The notes under the pieces: model-generated
What the model was told of the DNA's origin: nothing
Databases searched by the model: none
Seen by the model: the letters and a program-made list of their open reading frames with translations, nothing else
In this document: piece after piece, positions 28,689-38,315 of the stretch
How the letters are laid out: each line of letters begins with the position of its first letter
Numbering within the stretch: position 1 is the stretch's first letter
From: a virus
Strand: one strand, 5' to 3'
DNA: 64,000 nucleotides
IMG/VR virus record: IMGVR_UViG_3300049783_001054
Coordinates: 1-64,000 of that record
Made by a program: the position numbers and the translations under genes

Positions 28689-30766
28689 TTGTTTATTAAG
28701 GCAAACAACTCTTTACCGAGTAGTTCTTGACCATTGTAGTTGATTATCTCTTCACTGTGAAAGTATATGTTTTTATTATTAATTGAAGCACTATATGCAA
28801 CAGCATTATAAGGTAACATTTCAATATCTGGCATATGCTCTTTAAAGTAAGCTAAAGCTCTAAGACAATGACCATCAAAACCATCAGAATAGACTTTGAT
28901 TTTTTCTGGATCATTGGTTGTGACTGCTGAGATTTTATCCTCTAAAGAATCAAAATCCAACCCTACAAACAACCATCCGGGAGGAGCCTCAAAACACTCC
29001 TTAATCATTTTTGCTAGTCTTCTTTTTGCTTTAGTAGAACCAGCAGAAGGAATGTTTTGTAAATTAGGTCCATTGCTTGAGAGTCTTCCTGAAGCTGTTC
29101 CACCTAATCTGAAATTACCAAATAGATAATACCAACCATCTTTTCCTTTTTTTGCCTTTAGAAATGCAGGTAGAAAAGTAGAAAGAATAATAGCACTTGC
29201 TTTGTATTCAATTAGTAATTCTAAGAATCGTACAGCTTCTGGATCTTTAGTGTGCATGATTAACTTTTCAAGTGTATCAGCACCTGTAGCTGGTTGTTTT
29301 GTATCGGTGTAATCTAATACAGGCAAACCAAGAAAATCTTCATCATATAAAAATCTTTGTAATTGTTTAGGTGATCCCGGATTAAACTCTACAACAGTAT
29401 CTTTTGTTAATCCTAAATCTGCTTTAGTAATCTGCTTTGTTTTTAGTTTAGCATTCTTTTCTGTGACTTTTTCATCTTTTAGGTAATCAATAAAGGTCCA
29501 AACAATCTGAAGGCTGTTCATTTTGTTTAGATTTTCTTCACTTTCTACTCTTAGAGTCTTATAAAGTTCTATTACTTTTTCCATATTCAAAGGCATACCA
29601 GTAAGTTGCATTTGAATAATGTCAATCACAGCAGGTTTGAACAAAGTTTGATAAGGTATATTTTGATTCTGGGCCATCATAATCGGGTAGTTTTTATTAT
29701 ATACATACCACGTAGATAGACCATCAATCAGGTTATACTTTAGCAACTTGTCTAATGGGATTTTACTAATATCTTTGATATCTTCAACCGCATAATTTCC
29801 TGCAAATTCTTGAGCTTGTAATTTTAAACCAAGCTCATTACCTGCACAACTGTTTGTAGCAAGATAGCTAATAATTTGCGTACAGTCCCAATTTTTAAGC
29901 ATTACATCTAGACCTTCAAGAAGTCCTTCTTGATCTAGAATGTCTTCCATAAATAACTGATAAACCATTACATAAACATCAAAGCAGATGTTGTGGTAAA
30001 GCATCTTATGTTTGAAAGCTTTAAAGAAGTTTTTTAAATGTTCTTTCATTTTTGGATTTGAATACTTAAATCCAACTCGATCATTTTTTCCAGTTGAATC
30101 TACATGGTACTCAACAGGAAAAGCAATACCTTCATTTTCATTCCAGCAAAATGTAATTGTACCAATTCCAGAGTCATAATGTTTCAAACTGAAACCTTCA
30201 ATGTCACAAGATAGGTCACAATTCATATCTAACAAACGATCTAACCAAACAAGAATGTTTGCATAGTCTTTAGGGTATTCAGAAAACTTGATAATGTTTT
30301 TACCAACTACTGTAGTATTTCCAATTGCCCATCTACAGGTAGCCTCAAATGCCATCTTAATCTTTGGTTTAATCTTATCTGGGTCGTAAAATATACGTGA
30401 GTAATTTGGGCAGTAAGTCACCGAGAAGTCAGGATCATAATCTGAAACAATAATGTCCCCAATGGTGGCATCTGTTTTTGCTTTTTTGGTTAAAACTTTA
30501 AAATACTCTGGATGAGTTACAACCAACATCTTAATCCCTTCTGCCTTTAAGTTTGGCAGAAGGTCATCAAGATATTCTTTCATATCAGATACAGTGTTTT
30601 TCTTTTTTGTTTGATCTATAAATAGATCAGCGATCATTGCATTCTCACCCAATGCTAAGAGGTGAGGTTGGTAGTAATGTTTTTGCACCTCCGCTGTCTG
30701 GATACGTGGAACCAAGATAGCAATTCTTGGTTCCTTTATAGAGTCTCCAATGATCTCATACTTCAT
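28685..30766 (-). CDS. DNA polymerase family A, N-terminal fragment (3'-5' exonuclease and motif A; N4 gp39-like)
   Basis: Exo I DIEG, Exo II HNICFD, Exo III YNLID; SGRLSSNGPNLQNIP; GLDFDSLE (motif A); DGHCLRA. Confidence 0.93.
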   Translation of the reverse strand: MKYEIIGDSIKEPRIAILVPRIQTAEVQKHYYQPHLLALGENAMIADLFIDQTKKKNTVSDMKEYLDDLLPNLKAEGIKMLVVTHPEYFKVLTKKAKTDATIGDIIVSDYDPDFSVTYCPNYSRIFYDPDKIKPKIKMAFEATCRWAIGNTTVVGKNIIKFSEYPKDYANILVWLDRLLDMNCDLSCDIEGFSLKHYDSGIGTITFCWNENEGIAFPVEYHVDSTGKNDRVGFKYSNPKMKEHLKNFFKAFKHKMLYHNICFDVYVMVYQLFMEDILDQEGLLEGLDVMLKNWDCTQIISYLATNSCAGNELGLKLQAQEFAGNYAVEDIKDISKIPLDKLLKYNLIDGLSTWYVYNKNYPIMMAQNQNIPYQTLFKPAVIDIIQMQLTGMPLNMEKVIELYKTLRVESEENLNKMNSLQIVWTFIDYLKDEKVTEKNAKLKTKQITKADLGLTKDTVVEFNPGSPKQLQRFLYDEDFLGLPVLDYTDTKQPATGADTLEKLIMHTKDPEAVRFLELLIEYKASAIILSTFLPAFLKAKKGKDGWYYLFGNFRLGGTASGRLSSNGPNLQNIPSAGSTKAKRRLAKMIKECFEAPPGWLFVGLDFDSLEDKISAVTTNDPEKIKVYSDGFDGHCLRALAYFKEHMPDIEMLPYNAVAYSASINNKNIYFHSEEIINYNGQELLGKELFALINK

Positions 30767-31230
30767 ACTTCAACTTCTCCTTCAACTGGATCATTCTTTT
30801 TAAAGTAATCCCAGTGACACCCTTCTGGTCCTTGATGGGCTTCTTTTCCTACACCTGTAATTGTTGATCTTTTAAACCACCAAGCACCACTTGCAGATTT
30901 AAAAGCTGCACCAATTTTTAGCTCTCCAAAAGTAGTTTTTTTAGTTTCATATTTTAAATTTTTAAGCATAGACTCAACAACCTCATGAATTTCACCTCCA
31001 CCATTGTACCAAAGAGCAACAAAACGATTTTGCTCAGAAGGTTCAATACGAAGAGTGAAGCCATAAACTTCAATTTTTTCTAACTCTTTAAAAGCATAAA
31101 GTTGATTTTTGACTTTTACAAATTGAAAGCCAAGTTTCTTTTCAAGATCATAAAATTCATCTGTATCTTCTGGTTCAATGTTAAGATCAGACTTAACATA
31201 GTAACCATAAAAAACTTCCATATTACTCAT
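30763..31230 (-). CDS. Hypothetical protein
   Basis: ORF overlapping the polymerase start; likely start MSNMEV. Confidence 0.55.
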   Translation of the reverse strand: MSNMEVFYGYYVKSDLNIEPEDTDEFYDLEKKLGFQFVKVKNQLYAFKELEKIEVYGFTLRIEPSEQNRFVALWYNGGGEIHEVVESMLKNLKYETKKTTFGELKIGAAFKSASGAWWFKRSTITGVGKEAHQGPEGCHWDYFKKNDPVEGEVEV

Positions 31231-31414
31231 TTGTAACTTTCCAATTGAATATTTCATGCTCAATACAAGCACTTAATAGTACTAACACAAAAGCAATTAA
31301 TAATGTCCACACTCCAAAAATAGGAGTTAAGCTATTAAAGCAAACACTTAAAATAAGTAAACTAGCTATGTTTATAGAAGGTTTAAAAACCCAAGATAGA
31401 AATTTTTTAAACAT
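31223..31414 (-). CDS. Small membrane protein
   Basis: 63 aa, two hydrophobic segments, overlaps both neighbours. Confidence 0.55.
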   Translation of the reverse strand: MFKKFLSWVFKPSINIASLLILSVCFNSLTPIFGVWTLLIAFVLVLLSACIEHEIFNWKVTNE

Positions 31415-32678
31415 GGAAATACCTTTCAGGTAATTCTCCTCTAATGTAGAGGCGAGTTCGTGGACGGGATAATGCTACATACTGTAGACGAGCTGTTTGC
31501 TCTTTGTTGGTAGATTTACCAATGTCAGCTAGATCCACCACTACAGAGTCATAAGTAGACCCCTGAGCTTTGTGTGTAGTGGAGGCACTGACAGACCTAA
31601 GATCAGGATATCCATTCTTAATTTTAAAGTATCTGTCCCATTTTTTACTGTCAGAATAAAACTTTAAAACTAAGCTACGATCATCACTATCTGAAAATAC
31701 AGTTACTGTGTACCTAGCCTTAGTGGATACATCTTCAACTTCTAAATCTATCATAGTTATTTCTTCACCAGAAATGATAGAAGTATTTATATAACTGTCT
31801 GTAGTGTTAATAACTTTAATAACTTGATCTGTGTACAGTCTTGTTTTACCAATAAGTTCTACCATAGAATTGTTAGATAAAATTTCACCAATTTCATATG
31901 GTTTAGAGTACCCTCTAATTTGTCTTATGTGTTTATTGTAATCTATTACACGTTTATTTGTGTAAGATAAGATTCGTTTAAGAGGGTCTTCTTTTGTAAA
32001 TTCAGTTTCTAAAATTTTTTTAAGTTGTTTACCATCAACAAAATCAATAACACCCGGAACTTCTTTAATCTTAGTAAACACATTGGTTATAACTGTTTGT
32101 TTAGCTTGTTCACATAGATCCATTAAAGCTTGTTGACCAGCATTCCTAACAGAAGTGTTTAAATTACCTGTCTTCATAGCATAGCTGTAAATAGGAGAGA
32201 TTGTTTCTTTGACGGGAGCTAACTGGTTTTTATCTCCTACAAATAAAACCTTACAAGTAGAATCTAAGCCTTTAAGGATATATCTAAATAAGTCAGAATT
32301 TATCATAGAACACTCATCTACAATAAGAAAAATGCCAGAGTGTACTTCCCAATTGGGAGTTGGAACAATCTTAACTGTTCCAGTAGAAAAGTTTTCAGAT
32401 ACTCTAAGATTCATGTATGAATATACAGTACCAATCTCATCTGCCATATGAGGCATAGCCTCTGTAATAACTGCTGCTGCCTTATTTGTAGTGGCTGTAA
32501 CGGCAACAGTATGCATTGTTTTTTTAATTTGATGTTTTAGAATACCACCTGCGATCTTAGAGATAAGATAAGTCTTACCTGTACCAGCACCGCCTGATAC
32601 ATCCATGAATTGATCAGGCCCATTAATGAACTCAATAACTTCCATGAACACATTTTGTTGGTCTTTATTGAGTGTCAT
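31407..32678 (-). CDS. Dda/RecD-like SF1 DNA helicase (N4 gp37-like)
   Basis: GGAGTGKT, IVDECSM, VGDKNQL, HKAQGSTY, YVALSRP; start re-placed to MTLNKDQ. Confidence 0.93.
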   Translation of the reverse strand: MTLNKDQQNVFMEVIEFINGPDQFMDVSGGAGTGKTYLISKIAGGILKHQIKKTMHTVAVTATTNKAAAVITEAMPHMADEIGTVYSYMNLRVSENFSTGTVKIVPTPNWEVHSGIFLIVDECSMINSDLFRYILKGLDSTCKVLFVGDKNQLAPVKETISPIYSYAMKTGNLNTSVRNAGQQALMDLCEQAKQTVITNVFTKIKEVPGVIDFVDGKQLKKILETEFTKEDPLKRILSYTNKRVIDYNKHIRQIRGYSKPYEIGEILSNNSMVELIGKTRLYTDQVIKVINTTDSYINTSIISGEEITMIDLEVEDVSTKARYTVTVFSDSDDRSLVLKFYSDSKKWDRYFKIKNGYPDLRSVSASTTHKAQGSTYDSVVVDLADIGKSTNKEQTARLQYVALSRPRTRLYIRGELPERYFHV

Positions 32679-32700
32679 GTTTTGTATATTCCTTGGTTTT

Positions 32701-32731
32701 AAAAAAAGTCCCCGATCTTTCGACCGGGGAC
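32701..32731 (-). terminator. Intrinsic terminator after nrdJ
   Basis: GTCCCCGGTC-GAAA-GATCGGGGAC-TTTTTTT on the - strand. Confidence 0.85.
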
Positions 32732-32739
32732 AGGATAGG

Positions 32740-35064
32740 TTAACCACATTTACTATGTCCACAGTCTGCACATACAGGGCATCCCTCAGACAAGTGAACA
32801 TTGAAACCTTTGCAACTAACGCATTGCATAGGTCTTTCAACATTGGGTTGAGAGTCAAAATTAACTACTTCTTCAATTTTGATATTTTCACCATTTTGAA
32901 GGAAATCTAAATGACGCTTTAGTGTCTTACCGAGAAGAGCAATAAACGATGGTACATACTCACCATCAACCCAAGCTCCACCATTTGGGTCCATAATTGA
33001 TTTAAGATCTTCAATTACAAACTCAATATCACCACCTCTACGGAAGATTGAACTCATCATCCGAGTAAGGGCTGTAGTCCACTGAAAGTGAGACATATCC
33101 TGAGTGTTGATGAAAATCTCAAATGGGATTACACGACCATCAACATCATGATGATTGTTAATGGTGACATACACATTTGTATTGTCCCACTTTAATTTGT
33201 AAGTTTGACCATTGAGAATTCTCTCACGGACAATAGGATCTTCTTTAAATAAAGGAAGTTCAGATGATGTTTCTACCTTCTCTGGTTCAATAGAAAGAAC
33301 AGACCCTGTGACTTCATTAGGACGATAAGTTGTACATCCTTTACATCCCATATCATATGCACTTAAATAAATGTATGCAAAATCTTCAAATGAAATATCT
33401 TTAGGGCAGTTAATAGTTTTAGAGATTGAAGAATCTACCCACCTTTGAACTGCGGCTTGCATAACAAGATGGTCTCGTGGAGTTAGAGTTTGAGCGGTGA
33501 CAAGATGCTCTGGAGAAGGGTCTTTATCATAACCTGCGTTTTCTCTCCATTCACGATGTAGCTTTACAGCATAATCTTCCACTAATTCCTCAGTTTTAGA
33601 TCCATCTTTTTGGGTAACTTTACGAATGTAGCTTGTAGCAAAAATTGGTTCAATACCCGAAGAGATATTACCAGCAAGTAGACTGATAGTCCCAGTTGGA
33701 GCAATAGATGTTAGTAGAGCATTTCTAATACCATGCTCAAGAACACCATTTTTAATATCCATTGGCATAAGTCTCATAAAACCAGATCTAATAAAAGCTT
33801 CTCTTTGTCCAATTGTTTCTGTTACTGGGCAAGGACCAAGTGTCTTAGCTAATTCAATGGACTTACGGTAAGCTGAAAGTGTAATAATCTGCATTACACT
33901 TTCTGCAATTTCTACAGCATCTTTAGATCCATAAGTTTTATTGAGCATAAATAACATATCAGCAAGACCAGTAATACCTAGTCCCATACGTCTTTTATAT
34001 AAAGCTTCTTCTTTTTGCTTTTCAATTGGGAATTGACTCACATCAATAACTTTATCTAACATCTCTACAGCTTGTTCTGTTAAATACTCTAATTTAGCAG
34101 CATCAATATAAGCATACTCTTCAAAGCTATCAACTACAATTTTAGTAAGATTTATTGAACCAAGAAGGCAAGCACCATAAGGAGGCAATGGCTGTTCACC
34201 ACAAGGGTTAGTAGCTGCAATATACTCTTCATAGTACAAATTATTCATATTATTGATTCGATCAATAAACAGAACACCCGGTTCAGCATAGTGATATGTA
34301 GCTTCCATCATCAGTTTCCAGAGAGCTTGAGCACTGATAACCTCATAAATCCATTTACCGTCTTGGTTCTGACCAAGTGAGAAATCTACAGGTTTAACAG
34401 TATGTACTAACTCCCATGGGAGATCATTTTTTACTGCATCCATGAATTTATCAGTAGCAAGCACAGACACATTAAACATACGAAGACGTAGTTTATCCTG
34501 CTTTGCAACAACAAAGGCTTCAATGTCTGGGTGGTCACATCTCATGGTTGCCATCATAGCTCCACGTCGTGTCCCTGCTGACATGATTGTACGGCACATA
34601 GAATCCCACACATCCATGTAAGTTAGAGGGCCTGAAGCATCAGCGTCAACACCCTTTACAGGAGCGTTCTTAGGTCTAAGAGGGCTAAAGTCATACCCAA
34701 TACCACCGCCTTGCTGCATAGTCAGAGCAGCCTCTTTAAGCATATCAAAGATACCAACCATAGAGTCTGGGATTGTACCCATAACATAGCAATTAAATAG
34801 AGTAACATTTCTACCACTTCCAGCACCTGCAATGATTCTACCAGCAGGGATAAACTGAAAGTTTTCTAAAGCTTTGTAATGCTCATCGCGTTTAGCTCCG
34901 TTAGTAATTCCAGTTTTTGGCTCTGTTGCACAAGCATTTGCAATTCGACGCCAAGTATCTTTAATGTTTGTATCATTTGTGATCTCTGGATTTGGGGTAA
35001 TCAATCTGTATTTTGCATTCCAGATTTGTTCACAAATTGGTTGTGGAAATGAATTATTTTTCAT
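32740..35064 (-). CDS. nrdJ: Class II (B12-dependent) ribonucleotide reductase with C-terminal TSCPD-like domain and Zn ribbon
   Basis: PAGRI, TLFNCYV, TNPCGEQPL, IAPTGTIS, ISKTINCP, terminal CxxC...CxxCGHSKC; no NrdB gene nearby. Confidence 0.92.
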   Translation of the reverse strand: MKNNSFPQPICEQIWNAKYRLITPNPEITNDTNIKDTWRRIANACATEPKTGITNGAKRDEHYKALENFQFIPAGRIIAGAGSGRNVTLFNCYVMGTIPDSMVGIFDMLKEAALTMQQGGGIGYDFSPLRPKNAPVKGVDADASGPLTYMDVWDSMCRTIMSAGTRRGAMMATMRCDHPDIEAFVVAKQDKLRLRMFNVSVLATDKFMDAVKNDLPWELVHTVKPVDFSLGQNQDGKWIYEVISAQALWKLMMEATYHYAEPGVLFIDRINNMNNLYYEEYIAATNPCGEQPLPPYGACLLGSINLTKIVVDSFEEYAYIDAAKLEYLTEQAVEMLDKVIDVSQFPIEKQKEEALYKRRMGLGITGLADMLFMLNKTYGSKDAVEIAESVMQIITLSAYRKSIELAKTLGPCPVTETIGQREAFIRSGFMRLMPMDIKNGVLEHGIRNALLTSIAPTGTISLLAGNISSGIEPIFATSYIRKVTQKDGSKTEELVEDYAVKLHREWRENAGYDKDPSPEHLVTAQTLTPRDHLVMQAAVQRWVDSSISKTINCPKDISFEDFAYIYLSAYDMGCKGCTTYRPNEVTGSVLSIEPEKVETSSELPLFKEDPIVRERILNGQTYKLKWDNTNVYVTINNHHDVDGRVIPFEIFINTQDMSHFQWTTALTRMMSSIFRRGGDIEFVIEDLKSIMDPNGGAWVDGEYVPSFIALLGKTLKRHLDFLQNGENIKIEEVVNFDSQPNVERPMQCVSCKGFNVHLSEGCPVCADCGHSKCG

Positions 35065-35118
35065 TCTATCTTCCTTGTTTAGCAGGTCTAAAGGGATTGT
35101 CTGTGTAAACAATTTGGT

Positions 35119-35158
35119 TAAAAAAGAAAAGCCTCTACCTAACATAGGCAGAGGCTTT
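35119..35158 (-). terminator. Intrinsic terminator
   Basis: AAAGCCTCTGCCTATG/TAGGTAGAGGCTTT hairpin followed by TCTTTTTT. Confidence 0.75.
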
Positions 35159-35161
35159 AAT

Positions 35162-35548
35162 TTAAAATGTTCCCCAGAATTTAGCAGTATCTGGGAGGTA
35201 AGGTTTCCAAGCAGTATCAAAAAATAGATTGCAATCCTGTTTTACATAAGGGTAAAACAATTCAGCAATATCTTTATCTTTGAAACCAGAAAGACCAGTA
35301 CCCACTCTAGTTACTTGATATTGTTTACTGCCATTACTGATCTGGGCATAATTAACAAATCGTTTAATATGTTTAGAAATACGATACAGAGACATTGAAG
35401 TAATGTTTAAACCTTTTGTAGGTAGTGCATAACAATCACCTGTCATACCTTCTCCTACTCCCATGACTGCACCTTTATTTTTGTGAGCATAACGTGCTGC
35501 ACCAGCACCATGAAAGCCACTTAGATTTGACCCAAATACAAAAATCAT
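35162..35548 (-). CDS. A1S_2505-family phage protein (macro-like fold, inferred)
   Basis: IFVFGSNLSGFHGAGAA...YALPTK...VTRVGTGLSG signature. Confidence 0.7.
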   Translation of the reverse strand: MIFVFGSNLSGFHGAGAARYAHKNKGAVMGVGEGMTGDCYALPTKGLNITSMSLYRISKHIKRFVNYAQISNGSKQYQVTRVGTGLSGFKDKDIAELFYPYVKQDCNLFFDTAWKPYLPDTAKFWGTF

Positions 35549-35552
35549 TTGA

Positions 35553-36062
35553 TCATTCTTTCTCTAGGATTTTTAGGATTTCTGTTTGCATGTCTAAATC
35601 ATCCATACCTGCAAAGTTAAAAACTGGGATACGATAATGATTAGCCATACGAAGAGCTTGACCAGTACCACCATAAATTTTACCGTGGTTTGTCCAACAA
35701 ATAATAAACTCTGTAGGTGTTTTAAGATCAAGACCAAGAACCTGATAAGCATTTCTACCCATAAAGTCTCTTCCACGGTCTCCTACATTTGACCAACAGG
35801 GGTGAAACTTACTAGCTAAAAGTCTTGCTTCTTTTTTAACAGTAAATAGTGGGGATTCATTTTGATTGAATTCTTGTCTAGGTAGATAAATTTCTTTTCG
35901 GCCAATAGTTACATCACATCCTTCTTCAAATGCTGTATCTGCACCTTTTGCACCTCCTGATCTAAGAGTGTGTTTTTGTTTTGCCATTAAATTTGCAAAA
36001 CTATACATCTTTTTAAGAACGTCAGGGGGTGTTTCTTGAGAACCAATACCAGTATAAATCAT
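35553..36062 (-). CDS. SLOG/DprA-like nucleotide-binding protein
   Basis: YTGIGSQETP, LRSGGAKGADTAFE, RNAYQVLG, GGTGQA. Confidence 0.75.
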   Translation of the reverse strand: MIYTGIGSQETPPDVLKKMYSFANLMAKQKHTLRSGGAKGADTAFEEGCDVTIGRKEIYLPRQEFNQNESPLFTVKKEARLLASKFHPCWSNVGDRGRDFMGRNAYQVLGLDLKTPTEFIICWTNHGKIYGGTGQALRMANHYRIPVFNFAGMDDLDMQTEILKILEKE

Positions 36063-36079
36063 AATTTTATATATCTCAT

Positions 36080-36463
36080 TTATTGTGAATGTTCACATAC
36101 TGTTTGTGGATAGCTTTTATTACAAATGATTTTTTCTAATTTTCTGTTGTCTCTTCGACGTTGGTTTTCTTTGTGAGTTACCATTTCAAGATGATCTTGG
36201 TTCACACACATTCGGTTATTACAAAGATGATCCACTTGTTTTTTTCCCGGCACAAAACCATGCTTGTTTACAAATGATACAATGTGAACTGCTACGGTTT
36301 GACCATCAAGAGACATTCGAGGGTATCCACCTCCTCTACCACTTCCTGAGTCTGAGCCTTGCCAAAGATAACATGGGCTTAACTTATTATTTAGTAAAAA
36401 ACCTAGATGCCGGACAACTACATTGGCCATGATTTTATCTTGGATCGTGGTTCTCCGGCACAT
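36080..36463 (-). CDS. HNH endonuclease
   Basis: CYLWQG, DHLCNNRMCVNQDHLEMVTHKEN. Confidence 0.85.
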   Translation of the reverse strand: MCRRTTIQDKIMANVVVRHLGFLLNNKLSPCYLWQGSDSGSGRGGGYPRMSLDGQTVAVHIVSFVNKHGFVPGKKQVDHLCNNRMCVNQDHLEMVTHKENQRRRDNRKLEKIICNKSYPQTVCEHSQ

Positions 36464-36465
36464 AG

Positions 36466-37062
36466 TTAAAGCTCCGAAGTAATTAGACGACGACCAACAA
36501 AAACACCTTTAGAGTGGGTAAATCTTGTATCTACCTCTTCAACAATATAGATATTATTACTTTCAGAAACAAGAATATCACCTTTTTGGATAAACACATT
36601 AGGAGGAATTTTATAATGACAGCTATACATAGAGTTTATTCCTTTTACTTTAAAAGTAATAGGAAAAACTTCTTTCAACTCTTCTGGTTTAAAAGTTTTT
36701 ACTTGACCTCCACGAGTTTCAATAACAATATTACCAATAGATGTTTTGGTCAAATAAACTCCAATAGTGTAGGGGATAGGATGAATAGTTTCATACTCAC
36801 GAGGAGTAGTAGCAGTAGGGGTATGTGACATAATATAATTAAATCCTTGTGTGATTGGTTTTCTATCCCAAGCTGTAAATTCTTTACCCAAACGAATTTG
36901 AGTACCATGAGCACGTTCAGGTTCGTTGTAATCTCGTTTAACTACAGGATTAAACTTACTGTTTGCATACTTAGCAATTACTCTATCGGTGGTACTAACA
37001 CTCAAAACAATGAGTGGAGTCCAACCTCGGTTTAGTCTAACAACATCACCTATTTTATGCAT
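36466..37062 (-). CDS. Hypothetical protein
   Basis: 198-aa ORF with RBS GGAGAG, starts KIGDVVRL. Confidence 0.6.
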   Translation of the reverse strand: MHKIGDVVRLNRGWTPLIVLSVSTTDRVIAKYANSKFNPVVKRDYNEPERAHGTQIRLGKEFTAWDRKPITQGFNYIMSHTPTATTPREYETIHPIPYTIGVYLTKTSIGNIVIETRGGQVKTFKPEELKEVFPITFKVKGINSMYSCHYKIPPNVFIQKGDILVSESNNIYIVEEVDTRFTHSKGVFVGRRLITSEL

Positions 37063-37210
37063 TTTACATTTTCATCTCTCTTCTTTTTGTATGTCTGATA
37101 TTTAAAAACCAAAAAGAAGAGGTACATGATTTTAGATATTTATCTTGTAATACCTCTTATATTAAGTTTAATGTGCTCAAATTCTTTTTATAAATTAAAG
37201 GGGTATAATC

Positions 37211-37504
37211 ATGCCTGAAAAAACTGGACAAGCAAACTCAAATTGGAGTGAAGTTACAGGTAGTGCTGTACTTAAATTGATCCTTCATAATCTTGGTGGG
37301 GGTGTTCTTGAATTTGCTTTTGGAGATACAGGAGTAGATCCTGTAGAAACTGATTCTAGGTTTAAAATTTCATACTCAGCAAATAACACAAGTGCTGTAT
37401 CTGGAGTTGTTGCTGATCTATTTCCGGGCATGGGAACTAAGGATAGAATTTTTGTTAGATCTATGTCCACTGGGGGTACTGATTATAGTATTGGATGGGA
37501 ATAA
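37211..37504 (+). CDS. Hypothetical protein (beta-rich, possibly structural)
   Basis: RBS GAGGG; first gene of an inverted three-gene cassette. Confidence 0.6.
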   Translation: MPEKTGQANSNWSEVTGSAVLKLILHNLGGGVLEFAFGDTGVDPVETDSRFKISYSANNTSAVSGVVADLFPGMGTKDRIFVRSMSTGGTDYSIGWE

Positions 37505-38301
37505 TGAGGAATTTTATTGGGTTCGGTAATATAGGAATGGGGCTGATGCGCTGGACTGCCACGTCTACGCTCTTCGACTTTACGTTTGGGCAGACGGACT
37601 GGCTTGTGCGGGATCATGACGCCATCAACGCTTACGACGATGGCACGCTGTATTTCCCCAATAGTCTTGGTGCAGGGTATCCTCCCGATTATCTCCAAGC
37701 AGACGCAGCCCAAAAACCGACTATCGAAACCCACGTTGCAAGCGGGATTAAATGGCTGAAGTCTGATCAATCGTCAGACACAGCCACCGGAACAGCGCAC
37801 TTAACTTCTGCGAGCAATACTCACATCGTAAATACGGACGTGTTCGTCGTCTTAAAGCGTCTTCCGTCTCCTAACAAATCCCGGATGTGGGCTGGTAAAA
37901 TTGGCCAAGTTTACAATGCTGTTGGGTTCTGGTTTAGTGGCCTGCTAAAAGCGTGGAATTTTACTGCGAGTAGGGCGGATGGCGTGGTGGAGACGCCAGA
38001 AGACACTTGGATGGTCTTGCACCTCGCAACTAGCAATGCAGGCCTTTACTCTTTTTACAGGATCTACGACAGCGCAGGTGTTTTAATTGACGAGAGGCAT
38101 GACGACACCAAATCGTGGGGTGGGGATTACGAAGCCCTGATGGCAGGTGTGGAGGGTGCCGCTACGCCTCTGCTCTCCGGCCATTGCGGTATTGCGCGGA
38201 TGCTTGTGTTTGACACTTCTACAACCGTTCCCACCGAGTCCCAGCGTACGGACATTATCGAGGCGTTGTGCCTAGAGTACGCCGTCCCGCTGAATACGTG
38301 A
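37495..38301 (+). CDS. Hypothetical protein, possible lectin-like/tail accessory domain, GC-rich
   Basis: 268 aa, Trp/Gly/Thr-rich, overlaps the upstream gene, visibly higher GC than the flanks. Confidence 0.55.
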   Translation: MGIMRNFIGFGNIGMGLMRWTATSTLFDFTFGQTDWLVRDHDAINAYDDGTLYFPNSLGAGYPPDYLQADAAQKPTIETHVASGIKWLKSDQSSDTATGTAHLTSASNTHIVNTDVFVVLKRLPSPNKSRMWAGKIGQVYNAVGFWFSGLLKAWNFTASRADGVVETPEDTWMVLHLATSNAGLYSFYRIYDSAGVLIDERHDDTKSWGGDYEALMAGVEGAATPLLSGHCGIARMLVFDTSTTVPTESQRTDIIEALCLEYAVPLNT

Positions 38302-38315
38302 GAGGGATAGATGTA

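Noticed and set aside
28100-28830. Active split intein or group I intron in the DNA polymerase
   Set aside because: There is no Cys/Ser at the start of the added tail, His-Asn is followed by Val, and overlapping ORFs leave no room for an intron core. Kept only as a possible degenerate remnant.
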